Notes: generated by a model not told the origin, from the letters alone. A stretch of DNA of 64,000 bases from Nitrososphaerota archaeon (GCA_009903775.1 WYEM01000040.1:14781-78780), one strand, 5' to 3'; numbered from the stretch's first letter, positions 10,549-20,804 are shown. Program-made: numbers and translations.

Positions 10549-11316
10549 GGTGTTGGTCAGATAAGCCCGAATGGGCGGACCATCCCCATCGGCCCCCATG
10601 CACGTACGGGTACCCTTCCACTTCAACCCGGTGAGGGAGCTGGAGGGGATGATCCGCGCCCCCGGCACATTCAGCGACAAAAATATCCATTGAGGAGAAG
10701 GCGCACGCGCTCTACCTCTAAATGGCCGACCTATCGTCCTGGGAGATAGCCGACGCGATGGGGGATCATTATGGAAGAGAACCGTCCCACTCGTCGGCGC
10801 TCAACTGGGCCCGCGCGCTCGGGTCGGTCGGGTGGACCGTGCCGCCGAGGGGGAGGAGGCTGATCGCGGTGGACGAGGCCGCGGAGGAGGTGAACGGCCG
10901 GGAGGTCTGCGCGTGGGCCGCGATGGACGCGGACACGGGGGAGCTCCCGGCCATCAAGGCGACGTGGCCCAGGGGCTCCATGGACGCCCTCCTCTTCCTG
11001 AGCCGGGTTCTCGGGGCCCGCACGAACAAACCGGTGTTCGCCGTGGAGGGGGCCCTCCGGGAGCTCGGGCCGCAGTGCTACCGCGGGACGTTCGGGGACA
11101 GGAGCAGGGTGGAGAGGTTCTTCGGCTCCCTGAAGAGGAGGACGAGGGTATTCTTCAAGGACATAAACGCCAGGAGGTCGAGGATCGCATCGCTGGACAT
11201 GTTGATGAACATTTTCTTCGTGTACTACAACGGGCCCAGGTCCCAGGAGGGGATAGGGCGCGTGCCGTCGGAGGTGATCGCGGTCGTGGGGTGATCCCCC
11301 TTATCTGACCAACACC
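10549..11316 (+). mobile_element. Decayed IS6-family insertion sequence
   Basis: Perfect 17-bp TIRs GGTGTTGGTCAGATAAG (10549-10565 and 11300-11316); 9-bp near-TSD GCGCGGCTG/GCGCGGCCG. Confidence 0.9.
10598..11294 (+). pseudogene. IS6-family DDE transposase remnant
   Basis: IAVDE, WAAMDADTGE and VERFFGSLKRRT motifs; N-terminus broken by frameshifts and a stop. Confidence 0.85.
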
Positions 11317-11366
11317 GCGCGGCCGGGCCGCGAAAGCCTAAAAGATGGTGCGACGGAGGCGGTGGT

Positions 11367-11441
11367 GGGCCGGTCGTCTAGTCTGGTCAGGACGCCGCCC
11401 TCACACGGCGGAGGTCCCAGGTTCGAATCCTGGCCGGCCCA
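11367..11441 (+). tRNA. tRNA-Val(CAC)
   Basis: Cloverleaf; anticodon arm CCGCC-CTCACAC-GGCGG; GTTCGAATC. Confidence 0.96.
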
Positions 11442-11475
11442 TCCTGCGAACGCGTTCCTGGGGGCGATCGCCCAG

Positions 11476-12441
11476 CTAGAAGTGCGTCCAACCGCGCCTC
11501 TCCACCTCGCCGACCCCCTCTAGCGTGACCCGCGGGCGCCCCTCGGCACGGTGGGCTTCACCGAGTATCCAGAGCGGGACCCCCTCCTCCCTCGCCAGCT
11601 CCCGGAGCCTGTCGGCGGCCTCGCCGCCGACGAGCCCCACTATACCGTACTCCTCGCCGCCGTAGAGCGCCGCCTCCGCGCCGTCCAGCGAGGCCGCCCT
11701 CAGGGCCGCCTCCAGCTCGCGGTCCAACGGCAGCTCCCTGAGCTCCAGGTCCATGCCGTTTAGGTCGGCGAGCTCGTACAGGGTCGTCGCCAAGCCGTCG
11801 CTGGAGTCCATGGTCGCGTCCACGAGCTCCGCCGCGCGCCACCCGAAGCGCATGGGGATCCTGGGCTCGTACAGGTGCCTCAGGGCAGCCTCCACGAACC
11901 TCTCGTCCAGGCCGGGCCTCTCGCCGCCCAGCAGGACCCTGTAGCCCAGCCACGTGTACCCGAAGCCCCAGCCGGCGGCGAAGACCAAGTCGCCGTCCCT
12001 GCCGCCTGCCCTGCCCACGAACCGCCTCGCGGTCCCGATCGCGGTCACGTCTATCACGAGCTCCTTCGCGGAGCCCGTGTCGCCGGCGACGAGCTCCAGC
12101 CCGTACTCCGCCGAGGCGCGCGCGAACCCATCCCTTATGGCAGCGAAGTTCTCCTCCGTGGCCTCCTCGGGGGGAAGCATGACCGCCGCCATATACCACC
12201 TGGGCATTCCGCCCTTGGCCGAGATGTCCGAGGCGGCCGCGAGCACGGCCTTCCTCGCGAGCTGGTCCAGCCTCATCCCCGGGAGCATGTCCGTGGACTT
12301 GGCGACCGCATCCTGCTTCACGAGTATGAACCCCCCCTCGCAACCGATGGGATGGGCGTCATCGTACATGCCCAGGGGCGCGGGGAGCGCCGCCCCCCTG
12401 AGTATGCCTATGGCCTCCCTCTCGCCTACCCTGCGGCCCAC
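11476..12441 (-). CDS. thiL: Thiamine-monophosphate kinase
   Basis: GERE, DDA, SDISAKGG, AGDT, MDSSDGL, GGEEY and GWTHF motifs. Confidence 0.92.
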   Translation of the reverse strand: MGRRVGEREAIGILRGAALPAPLGMYDDAHPIGCEGGFILVKQDAVAKSTDMLPGMRLDQLARKAVLAAASDISAKGGMPRWYMAAVMLPPEEATEENFAAIRDGFARASAEYGLELVAGDTGSAKELVIDVTAIGTARRFVGRAGGRDGDLVFAAGWGFGYTWLGYRVLLGGERPGLDERFVEAALRHLYEPRIPMRFGWRAAELVDATMDSSDGLATTLYELADLNGMDLELRELPLDRELEAALRAASLDGAEAALYGGEEYGIVGLVGGEAADRLRELAREEGVPLWILGEAHRAEGRPRVTLEGVGEVERRGWTHF

Positions 12442-12491
12442 GCGGCGCCTCGGGGCAAGCCTTTTAAAAAGTGGAGCGCGCATCGCCGCGG

Positions 12492-12566
12492 GCCCCGGTA
12501 GCATAGCTCGGTCAATGCGCCCGCCTCGTAAGCGGGAGATCGCGGGTTCAAATCCCGCCCGGGGCT
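12492..12566 (+). tRNA. tRNA-Thr(CGT)
   Basis: Cloverleaf; anticodon arm CCCGC-CTCGTAA-GCGGG. Confidence 0.95.
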
Positions 12567-12686
12567 CCTCACTTCCTCTCGATGCGATGCCGAGCCCTTC
12601 CACAATAGTCCAATATGGCTATATCGAGTGCGCTATATAGAATTGTGAAAAGGTATAAAGATGGGGCAATTTCCCCTTCGATCGAA

Positions 12687-14141
12687 ATGCGGTCCGGAAC
12701 TAAATCCGCGGGCGGACCGACGGGCGGCGCGGGCCCATCGGGCCCCTTCGGGCACATCGAGGAGCTGCCCTTCACCCGCGCCCACCTGAAGGTCTGGCTC
12801 ACGGCGGGGATGGGATTCTTCACGGACGCGTACGACCTGTTCGTGATAGGCGCTATAATTACGATTTTCAACGCCTACAAGCTCCCGGGGTTCTACGATC
12901 CCGGCCTGGAGGGGCTCCTGGCCTCCTCGGCGATCTTCACCGCCATAGTGGGACAGCTGATCTTCGGCAGGATAGCGGACATCATGGGGAGGAAGTTCAT
13001 CTACGGGATAGAGGCCGCGATACTGTCGGCGGGCGCGCTGCTCAGCGCTTTCTCGCCGAACATACTCTGGCTGCTGGTCTTCAGGTCCATACTCGGGATA
13101 GGGATCGGGGGCGACTACCCGCTCTCCGCGACGATAGCCAGCGAGTATTCGGGGCGCAGGCAGAGGGGGAAGCTCGTCTCCCTGGTGTTCGCTAACCAGG
13201 GGTTCGGCACGATAGCGGCCGTCGCGGTCGCGGTGGCGGCGGTCGCGTACCTCCCGCCGGATCTGGCGTGGAGGGTCGCGGCCGGCGTCGGCGCCATCCC
13301 GGCGCTATCGGTCATCTATCTCAGGAGGAAGCTGCCGGAGACCCCCAGGTACTCCGCCCTGGTCAGGGGGAACTATGACGAGGCCCGCAGGGCAGCGGGC
13401 GTCCTCGGTGCGAATCTCACCGGCGAAGGCGTGGTCGCGAGGCGCGTCGGCCTCCTGACCTTCATCAGGAGGTACTGGGTCACGCTGATAGCCACCACCG
13501 TCCCATGGTTCCTGATGGACATAGCGTTCTACGGCACGGGGATATACTCCTCGAGCATAGTGAGCGGGATCGTCGGGTCCTCGAGCTCCATAGTTATGAC
13601 AATATTCGAAGCGGGGATACCGTTCCTCGTCGGGGTGCCCGGGTACTTCACCGCGGTCGCGCTGATAGACAAGGTCGGCAGGAGATCGCTGCAGATAGGG
13701 GGGTTCCTGGCGATGGCCCTCGTCTACGTGTACATGGGGCACCTGCTGGCCGTGACGGGCGGCGCGATAACGAAGGCCATGCCCGCGTTCCTCGGCCTGG
13801 CGATATACTCGCTGTCCTTCTTCGCGATAGACGCGGGGCCCAACACTACGACCTTCGTGATACCGTCGGAGGTGTACCCGGTGAGGTACAGGACGACCGG
13901 CCACGGGATATCGGCGGCCATGGGGAAGCTGGGCGCGGGCATCGGGACGCTCCTACTCATACCGTACCTCAGGACGACGTATGGCCTGGCGACGACCCTC
14001 GATGTCCTGGCGATCATCAGCATCGTCGGCGCGGCCGTCACGCTCCTGCTCAGGGAGCCCGCCGGGAGGACCCTCGAGGAGGCGTCGATGGAGGAGCTCG
14101 TCCAGGGGGAGGCCGAGATCCCCGCCCCCCTGAGCGTCTGA
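12687..14141 (+). CDS. MFS transporter, Pho84-like phosphate:H+ symporter family
   Basis: GMGFFTDAYDLF, GIGGDYPLSA, PETPRY, GPNTTTF and GHGISAA motifs. Confidence 0.92.
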   Translation: MRSGTKSAGGPTGGAGPSGPFGHIEELPFTRAHLKVWLTAGMGFFTDAYDLFVIGAIITIFNAYKLPGFYDPGLEGLLASSAIFTAIVGQLIFGRIADIMGRKFIYGIEAAILSAGALLSAFSPNILWLLVFRSILGIGIGGDYPLSATIASEYSGRRQRGKLVSLVFANQGFGTIAAVAVAVAAVAYLPPDLAWRVAAGVGAIPALSVIYLRRKLPETPRYSALVRGNYDEARRAAGVLGANLTGEGVVARRVGLLTFIRRYWVTLIATTVPWFLMDIAFYGTGIYSSSIVSGIVGSSSSIVMTIFEAGIPFLVGVPGYFTAVALIDKVGRRSLQIGGFLAMALVYVYMGHLLAVTGGAITKAMPAFLGLAIYSLSFFAIDAGPNTTTFVIPSEVYPVRYRTTGHGISAAMGKLGAGIGTLLLIPYLRTTYGLATTLDVLAIISIVGAAVTLLLREPAGRTLEEASMEELVQGEAEIPAPLSV

Positions 14142-14321
14142 TGCGGGCATTTCCTTGATGTCATATTGTTATTGTTCACGAGGCCGGTCCAGAACATAGC
14201 ACCGAATATGGTCCTCCCGGGACGGAGCGCGTCCCGCCCCGGCGGCGGGGCGCCACCGAGATAGCCGCGGATCACCCCGCAGGCGAGCCGGGGATCGCGC
14301 CCACAGAGCTTCCGCGTTCAG

Positions 14322-14443
14322 TGGTCCCGCGGGCAGGATTTGAACCTGCGGCCATCCGGTCTCTGTCCGCCTGGTAGGCTGGGGCCCCTCGGCCCCGGCC
14401 GAGGACTACAGCCGGACGCTCTACCAGGCTGAGCTACCGCGGG
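14322..14443 (-). tRNA. tRNA-Tyr(GTA) with 45-nt intron (14361-14405)
   Basis: Cloverleaf with CT-GTA-G|intron|A-CCGGA; CCA encoded. Confidence 0.93.
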
Positions 14444-15048
14444 CGCTGTGCGAGCTCTCCGGAAGCGGAAGATAAAAGCCTTTCTGGGAGCGGGCCACGT
14501 GAAGCTGTTCGGCCTCGCTCCACCGCTATCTTGACGCCGCCTTTCTTCGCCTTCTCCTTGGTCTTCAGCGTGATCTCGAGGACGCCGTTCTTGTAGTTGG
14601 CCTTCGCGGATCCCGGATCGACCCTGACATCCAGCGGGACGCTCGTCTCGTACTTGCGATCGTCTCCCTCGGCCTTCAGGTATATGCTGTCATCGGTCGC
14701 CTCCACCTGTATCTTGTCCTTGTCGACGCCCGGCATCTCGGCTATGACCTTCACCTCGCCGTTCTGCTCGTCGTAGATGACGTCAACCAGGGGCTCGCGC
14801 ACGTCGCTGGCCACGACCTTCTTCCCGCCCGCCTGCCTGACGTTGCCGAACTCCCTCACCACGGGCCTGCCGTCAGGTCCGACCGTTATCGAGAAACCGT
14901 AGAACACGGGCTTGGAGAACGCGGTTCCCTTCTCCAAGCTCTCGATCATCTCGTCAAACATCCTGTCGAACATCTCGAAGTCCCTCTCTATATCGTCCAG
15001 CATCCTCCTGAACCAGCTCCTCCTCCAGGAATTCTCCTCCCTGGGCAT
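14434..15048 (-). CDS. hsp20: Small heat-shock protein Hsp20 (ends 14515 if CGA terminates)
   Basis: YGFSITVGPDG, REPLVDV, AEMPGV, YKNGVLEI and terminal VKIAVE followed by CGA. Confidence 0.93.
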   Translation of the reverse strand: MPREENSWRRSWFRRMLDDIERDFEMFDRMFDEMIESLEKGTAFSKPVFYGFSITVGPDGRPVVREFGNVRQAGGKKVVASDVREPLVDVIYDEQNGEVKVIAEMPGVDKDKIQVEATDDSIYLKAEGDDRKYETSVPLDVRVDPGSAKANYKNGVLEITLKTKEKAKKGGVKIAVERGRTASRGPLPERLLSSASGELAQRPR

Positions 15049-15090
15049 GGCAAATCTAATGTCAGAGGGACGCCTATAAACGTTGCCGCT

Positions 15091-15578
15091 CATGCTCTGG
15101 CTCCGTTAACTTAAGCTCACCTCCTACCCGAGCGAGGTGATGCTGCCGCTCTCTGGCTACCTGTCCCGCACGGGTGCAATGAACCCGATAGCCGCCTTCC
15201 TGGCTGCGCCCGCTGGATTCCTCGTGAGGTCCTACTTCGATTACTAGGTGGGCGCGCCTTCGGGGCGAGGTGCTCGGGAGGCTCCCGTGGGTGAGTGGCG
15301 ATGCCCTGTGGAGGGCCGAGGAGTGGTTCCGCGGGTACGGGGAGCCCATGGTCACCGTCACGAGGATGATCCCGGGCATGAGGGCGCTGATCTCCTTCCC
15401 CGCGGGGGCCCTGGGGATGGGCGCCGTGAAGTTTGGGGTCTACACCGCGATCGGCTCGGCGCTCTGGGACGCCGCGCTGATGGGCTGGGGATACGCGCCG
15501 GCTGCCGACTGGAGCGTCGTGTCAGCGGCGGCGCAGGGTTCCTGGCCCCCTCGCTGGGATCGGCCGCCGTCCGCATAA
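15091..15578 (+). pseudogene. DedA-family membrane protein remnant
   Basis: PSEVMLPLSGY..., in-frame TAG near 15245, frameshift, then RMIPGMRALISFPAG. Confidence 0.8.
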
Positions 15579-15747
15579 TCCTCCACGTGGCCCTCACGGC
15601 GCTCGATTTGCGCGCCCGCCGTGTCCCCCGCCGAAGCCGAGGAGGGCGGCCGGGGGGACGGATGGGGATAAATACGTAGCTCCCCGCTGCAGGCCTGTGC
15701 GGGCAGCCTGGCTTGGGGCGCAGCGGCCCGGGGGAGGTCGGCGCCCG

Positions 15748-17592
15748 ATGCCTCGGGCGTCCTCCGAGCCCCGGGGTGGGGGGTACACATCGTTCCCCTA
15801 CGAGTTCAGGGCCGGCCAGCGCGAGGCGTACGAGGCCCTGAGGAGAGCGCTGAGGTCCCGGAGGCCCATCTGCTTCCAGGCGCCCACCGGATTCGGCAAG
15901 ACGCCCGTGGTCCTCGCGGCGCTCCTGGACTCGGGCGCTAGGGTGCTCTGGGCCGTGAGGACCGGCACCGAGACCGACAGGCCCATCGAGGAGCTCAAGC
16001 GCTTCAATCGCCGCGGGTCGCCCTTCCTGGGGATCTCCTTCAGGGGCAAGAGGGACATGTGCATCCTGGCGAGGGAGAGGCTCGGCGGCGACTTGGACTA
16101 CGAGGACGTCTCGTACTTCTGCAACCGGAACAGGGACGCCTGCCCCTACTACTCCAGGCTGGGGACGGCCCGCCCCCCAGATGAGCCGATGCTCTACTCC
16201 GAGGTGCTGGATCTGGGCAGGAGGGAGGGGATATGTCCCTACTACTACCAGAGGGCGATCCTGAAGTCTATGGACGTCGTGGCCGTCAGCTATAACTACG
16301 TGCTGAGTGAGGACGTCTCTTGGACGCTGCGGGGCGCCCTGCGCTTCGGGGATCTGTACCTGGTCGTGGACGAGGCCCACAACCTGCAGTACGCCATCAT
16401 GAACCTGCGCAGCGACTCGGTGACGAGCGAGACCCTCGAGCGTGCCAAGGGGGAGCTCAGGGCCCTCGGGGAGTTCCCTGAGCTCGAGCGGGCCCTAGAT
16501 GCGCTGGACGCTGCTGCGCGCGCCGCCCTGGGCCGCAGGAGGGAGACCAGGGTCCGCCTCGGGGACCTTGTGGCCGCCTCGGGCATCGGCGGGGTCCTCG
16601 GGGAGGTGGGTAGGCTCGGCGAGAGGGTCAGGATGGCGAGGCTGGAGAGGGGCGAGAGGCCGCGCTCCAGCCTCTGGCACCTTTACAGGTTCCTATCCGA
16701 ATCGATGGACCTGGCGGAGGAGGAGGGCGTGGCCTTCTTCCTGAGCAGGACCCGGAATGGGTATGAGCTGGAGAGGTGGGACATGAGGGCCTCCGAGGTC
16801 CTGCGCGAGATTTGGGGGAGGTTCCGCGGGGTGGTGTTCATGTCCGGCACCCTGGAGCCGCTCGACGCTTTCGCTGACGTCGCGGGAGTCGAGGGGTGCG
16901 AGGAGGTTAGGTCCAGCTTCAGGATCGACCCGGCGAACGTCAGGTCCTACCTCGTCAGGGGGATATCGACTAGGGGGGAGAGGCTCGGCGAGGAGATGCG
17001 GCGCCGGTACCGCGAGGTCCTGGTGAAGTTCCTCACGGAGCTCTCCGATAGGAACGTCGCCGTCTTCTCGTCCAGCTACAGGATCCAGGGCGAGATACTG
17101 AAATCCCTCCCGGACGAGATCCTGTCCAGGGCGTACGTCGAGAGGGAGGGGATGAGCGGCGAGGAGTCCAGGAGGCTGCTGGAGTCCTTCAAGTCCGCCG
17201 CCAGGTCCGACAGGAAGGGCATCCTGTTCGCGAGCGCCTCCGGCAGGTTCTCGGAGGGCGCGGACTTCCCCGGCGAGGAGCTGGAGGCCGCGGCGATAGT
17301 CGGGGTGCCGTTCGAGAGGCCCACCCTGAAGGTGAGGACCTACATCTCCTACTACCAGCGGCTCTACGGGCGGGAGAGGGGCAGGTACCTGGCCTACGTC
17401 GTGCCAGCGCTGAGGAGGGCGGCCCAGGCCCTCGGGCGCGTCATAAGGTCGGAGAGCGACCGCGGGGTGTTCCTGCTGGCCGACGGGAGGTACGCCCGCA
17501 GGGAGTACATGTCGCTCCTGCCCGAGTTCGTGAGGGCCAACCTGAGCGTCGTGGGCTACGAGGAGTTCCTCTCCGCGGACCTCAGGAGATGA
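15748..17592 (+). CDS. xpd: XPD/Rad3-like Fe-S DNA helicase
   Basis: APTGFGKT, Fe-S cysteines, DEAHN, SGTL, SEGADF and QALGRVIR motifs. Confidence 0.93.
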   Translation: MPRASSEPRGGGYTSFPYEFRAGQREAYEALRRALRSRRPICFQAPTGFGKTPVVLAALLDSGARVLWAVRTGTETDRPIEELKRFNRRGSPFLGISFRGKRDMCILARERLGGDLDYEDVSYFCNRNRDACPYYSRLGTARPPDEPMLYSEVLDLGRREGICPYYYQRAILKSMDVVAVSYNYVLSEDVSWTLRGALRFGDLYLVVDEAHNLQYAIMNLRSDSVTSETLERAKGELRALGEFPELERALDALDAAARAALGRRRETRVRLGDLVAASGIGGVLGEVGRLGERVRMARLERGERPRSSLWHLYRFLSESMDLAEEEGVAFFLSRTRNGYELERWDMRASEVLREIWGRFRGVVFMSGTLEPLDAFADVAGVEGCEEVRSSFRIDPANVRSYLVRGISTRGERLGEEMRRRYREVLVKFLTELSDRNVAVFSSSYRIQGEILKSLPDEILSRAYVEREGMSGEESRRLLESFKSAARSDRKGILFASASGRFSEGADFPGEELEAAAIVGVPFERPTLKVRTYISYYQRLYGRERGRYLAYVVPALRRAAQALGRVIRSESDRGVFLLADGRYARREYMSLLPEFVRANLSVVGYEEFLSADLRR

Positions 17593-18733
17593 GAGCCCTG
17601 GCCACCCGGGCGGCCAGGCGGGGGTGGGTGATCAGCTTGGCGGCGACCGACCTGAGGTTCAGCCCGTTCGCCAGGTCGACCACGTCCTGCGGCCCCAAGA
17701 TGCCGGCCAGCTCGTCCAGGTCCTCATCGCTCAGGCGCTCGAATACCCTCATGGCCCTGAGGCTGTCCCTGATGCGCCTCCCCCACGGCTCGTAGTAGAG
17801 CGAGTCGAACTCCCTCAGCCGGCGCTCGCTGTTGTCGCCCTCCCTCGCCGCCTCGGCCGCGACCCTGCCGGCGACGAGCCCCGCAGCTATCGATGAGTGG
17901 ATGCCGGCGCCCGTGAAGGGTATAACCGTGCCCGCGGCGTCCCCCACCAGAATGGCGCCGTCCACGATGTTCCTGCTGATTATCCCGCCTATGGGCACCG
18001 GGGCCCCCCTGTAGTCTATCACCTGCGCGCCCCCGAGCTCCCCGGAGAAGCGCGCGACGAACCTGTCCAGGTACTCCTTCGCGACGGCCCCCCTGGTCCC
18101 TATCCCCACCTCGGCGATCGTCCCCGCCTTGGGGAAGATCCACGCGTAGCCCTTGGGCGCCACGGAGTTCCCCAGGTAGAACCTCACAGCGTCCCAGACC
18201 TCGAGCTTGGCGTTCGCCATCACGTACTGGACCGTGGGTATGGGCTCGGACCTCTCCCTGATCCCGAGCGACCTAGCCACGGTCGAGTTGTAACCGTCCG
18301 CGCCTATCACGACCCGCGCCCTGTACAGGTTTCTCCTGGCCTTGACCTCCATGGTCCCGTCCGGCTTCCTGGACACGGCCTCCACCTCCTCCCTCACCCT
18401 TATGGCAGCGCCCGAGGCGGCGGCCAGCTCGGCCATGGCCTGCAGGAAGGCCGACTTGTTTATGCTGTAGCCCACGTCCCTTATCTCCACGTACCTGCCG
18501 CCCGGCGCGTACACGCGCGCGTAGGCCTCCCTGATCACTATGTGCGGCGTGGGCTTAACGCCCGCCGTGTCGAAGGTCCCCCTGCTCGTCGCCTCGCCGC
18601 AGGGCTTCCAGGCCATTATGGCTGGCTGCTTCTCGAGCAGGACCGTGCTGGCGCCAGCCTCCGCCGCCGCCCTGGCGGCCGCGAGCCCCGCCGGGCCCCC
18701 GCCGACCACCACGACATCGTACTGCGCCTCCAT
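17582..18733 (-). CDS. Geranylgeranyl reductase family (DGGGPL reductase-like)
   Basis: GGGPAG, KPCGE, GADG, GYAWIFP and GDAAG..P.TGAGI motifs. Confidence 0.9.
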   Translation of the reverse strand: MEAQYDVVVVGGGPAGLAAARAAAEAGASTVLLEKQPAIMAWKPCGEATSRGTFDTAGVKPTPHIVIREAYARVYAPGGRYVEIRDVGYSINKSAFLQAMAELAAASGAAIRVREEVEAVSRKPDGTMEVKARRNLYRARVVIGADGYNSTVARSLGIRERSEPIPTVQYVMANAKLEVWDAVRFYLGNSVAPKGYAWIFPKAGTIAEVGIGTRGAVAKEYLDRFVARFSGELGGAQVIDYRGAPVPIGGIISRNIVDGAILVGDAAGTVIPFTGAGIHSSIAAGLVAGRVAAEAAREGDNSERRLREFDSLYYEPWGRRIRDSLRAMRVFERLSDEDLDELAGILGPQDVVDLANGLNLRSVAAKLITHPRLAARVARALIS

Positions 18734-18820
18734 GGGCGCGGTCTCCCGTCACGGGAACTTATAAGTCGCTTGCCCCGCCCGCGGTGCCTTTAAATCGCCA
18801 GCGCGCCGGCGCAGGGTGCC

Positions 18821-19102
18821 GTGGGCGAGGAGGACAGGGCGGTCATCATGGTGATGGGCGCGGACAGGGTCGGCATAGTGGCGGGGATTGCCACGGCGCT
18901 GGCGGAGTACAACGCGAACATAGTGGACCTGGCGTCCACGAAGATGGGCGACATCTTCGTGATGGTGCTCCTGGCGGACCTCTCGGGCTCCAGCGTGGGG
19001 ATAGCGGAGCTCAAGGAGGGGCTGGAAGCCAGGGCCAGGGAGCTCGGCGTGCAGGTCGCCGTCTATCATTATAATATCTTTAAGGTAATGCACAGGGTGC
19101 GA
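18821..19102 (+). CDS. ACT-domain protein (UPF0237); apparently terminated by CGA at 19100-19102
   Basis: G.DRVGIVA...IF.VMHRV family end followed directly by CGA; next standard stop only at 20833. Confidence 0.88.
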
Positions 19103-19109
19103 TCGGCGG

Positions 19110-20498
19110 ATGTCGTCCAGGATAAGCATAGACGAGATCCTGGAGACTGTCGACATGATAGTCTACAGGCACCTGAACATACGGGCGGTCACCCTGGGGC
19201 TGAACGCGCTGCCGGCGGCCTCCAGCGACCCGGGCGCCCTCAGGAGGGGGGTCGCCAGGATCATACGCGAGGGGGCTTCGCGCCTGGCCGACGCGGTCTC
19301 GGAGGTCAGCGAGAAGTATGGGGTGGAGATCGTGAACCGGCGGGTGGCCCTGACGCCTCTGTCGCTCGTCGCGTCCCCGATGATAAGCAGCGTCGGTCCC
19401 CGCTCGAGGGAGGAGCTGGTCGCGCTCGCCCAGGACATAGACGACGCAGCCGCCGACGTCGGCGTCGACCTCGTGGGCGGGTACGGCTCCCTGGTCCAGA
19501 AGGGCGAGAGCAGCGCGGACGTCGCGCTGGAGGAGAGCATACCCGAGGCGCTCGCCGCGACCAAGAGGGTCTGCGCCGCCGTCAACGTCGCGGACAGCCG
19601 CTCCGGGATAAACGTGGACGCTGTGCTCAGGATGGGCCGCGTTATATTCCGCGCCGCGCAGCTGTCCCCCGGCGGGAGGGGCGAGTCCTGCGCGAGGCTG
19701 ATGGTGCTGGCCAATGCCCCCGACGACAACCCGTTCATGGCCGGCGGGTTCCACGGGGTGGGGACGGGCGACGCCGTGGTGAACGTCGGCATAAGCGGCC
19801 CCGCCGTCCTCCTGGCGGCGGTCAAGAGCGCGGGCGAGGTGGACGTGACGGGCCTGGCGGAGACGCTGAAGAGGGTCGCCTTCAAGATAACCCGCGTTGG
19901 CGAGCTCGTAGGCCGCGAGGTCGCGTCGAAGCTGGGCGTCCAATTCGGGGCGGTCGACATATCATTGGCGCCGGCGCCCGTGGAGGGCGAGAGCGTGGCG
20001 GAGGTCCTCGAGGCCATGGGCGTCGACGCCGTGGGCTCCCCCGGCACCCTGGGCGCGCTCATGCTGTTGACCGACTCCCTGAAGAAGGGCGGGGCGATGG
20101 CGGCCTCGAGGGTGGGCGGCTTCAGCGGCGCTATGACCCCCCTGTCCGAGGACCTGGGGATGGCGCGGAGGGCCGCGGAGGGTCACCTGGGGATATGGGC
20201 GCTCCTGGCGATGAGCGCCGTGTCGGCCACCGGCACGGACATGGTGCCCGTGCCCGGCGACACGCCACCGGAGGTCCTGTCTTCTATAATCCTGGATCAG
20301 ATGGCGATCGGCGTCGCGACGGGGAAGCCGGTGGGGGTCCGGCTGCTGCCCGTCCCCGGGGCCAAGCCCGGCGACGTCGTCGACTTCGGCGGGCTGTTCG
20401 GCTCCGGCGTCGTGCTGCCGGTCCCGCGGCTGGGGGCCGCGCGCCTGATCTCGCGCGGCGGCCGCTTCCCGCCTCCCGTGTCCAGCCTGAGGGGTTAG
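19110..20498 (+). CDS. PFL-like protein (DUF711/UPF0210)
   Basis: IRAVTLG, NRRVALTP, DNPFMAG, VGISGP, AFKITRVG and SED motifs; usual partner of the ACT gene. Confidence 0.92.
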   Translation: MSSRISIDEILETVDMIVYRHLNIRAVTLGLNALPAASSDPGALRRGVARIIREGASRLADAVSEVSEKYGVEIVNRRVALTPLSLVASPMISSVGPRSREELVALAQDIDDAAADVGVDLVGGYGSLVQKGESSADVALEESIPEALAATKRVCAAVNVADSRSGINVDAVLRMGRVIFRAAQLSPGGRGESCARLMVLANAPDDNPFMAGGFHGVGTGDAVVNVGISGPAVLLAAVKSAGEVDVTGLAETLKRVAFKITRVGELVGREVASKLGVQFGAVDISLAPAPVEGESVAEVLEAMGVDAVGSPGTLGALMLLTDSLKKGGAMAASRVGGFSGAMTPLSEDLGMARRAAEGHLGIWALLAMSAVSATGTDMVPVPGDTPPEVLSSIILDQMAIGVATGKPVGVRLLPVPGAKPGDVVDFGGLFGSGVVLPVPRLGAARLISRGGRFPPPVSSLRG

Positions 20499-20804
20499 CG
20501 CGCGTCGTGCTGGACGTAGCCCTCCTTCTGTTCCGGTGGGATCGGGCTGAGAGGCCCACCCGGGCCTCGCCGGGGGACTCATCGGCCCCGTTCGGCCTTG
20601 CTCCGCGCGGGGCGGCCGTTTCATCCTCCCCGGCGCCTCCTCCGGGGTTCCGCGCACCCCTTCACCGTCACCGCCTCGCCGGGGGGTGTCGTTTCTTTTC
20701 CGTTGCCGGCGGTCTCCCGCCGCGCCTCGCGGCGCCGCGCTCCCCCGGTGGAGGGAGGAGCTTCCTCGGGAGCACCCCGTGGCCCACCCGCCAGCTCGAC
20801 GCGC
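20499..20804 (-). ncRNA. rnpB: RNase P RNA
   Basis: Minus strand has GAGGAAGCTCC, AGAAACGACACC, GATGAAACGG, GGAGCAAG and ACAGAAGGAGGGCTA; terminal P1 pairing. Confidence 0.9.
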
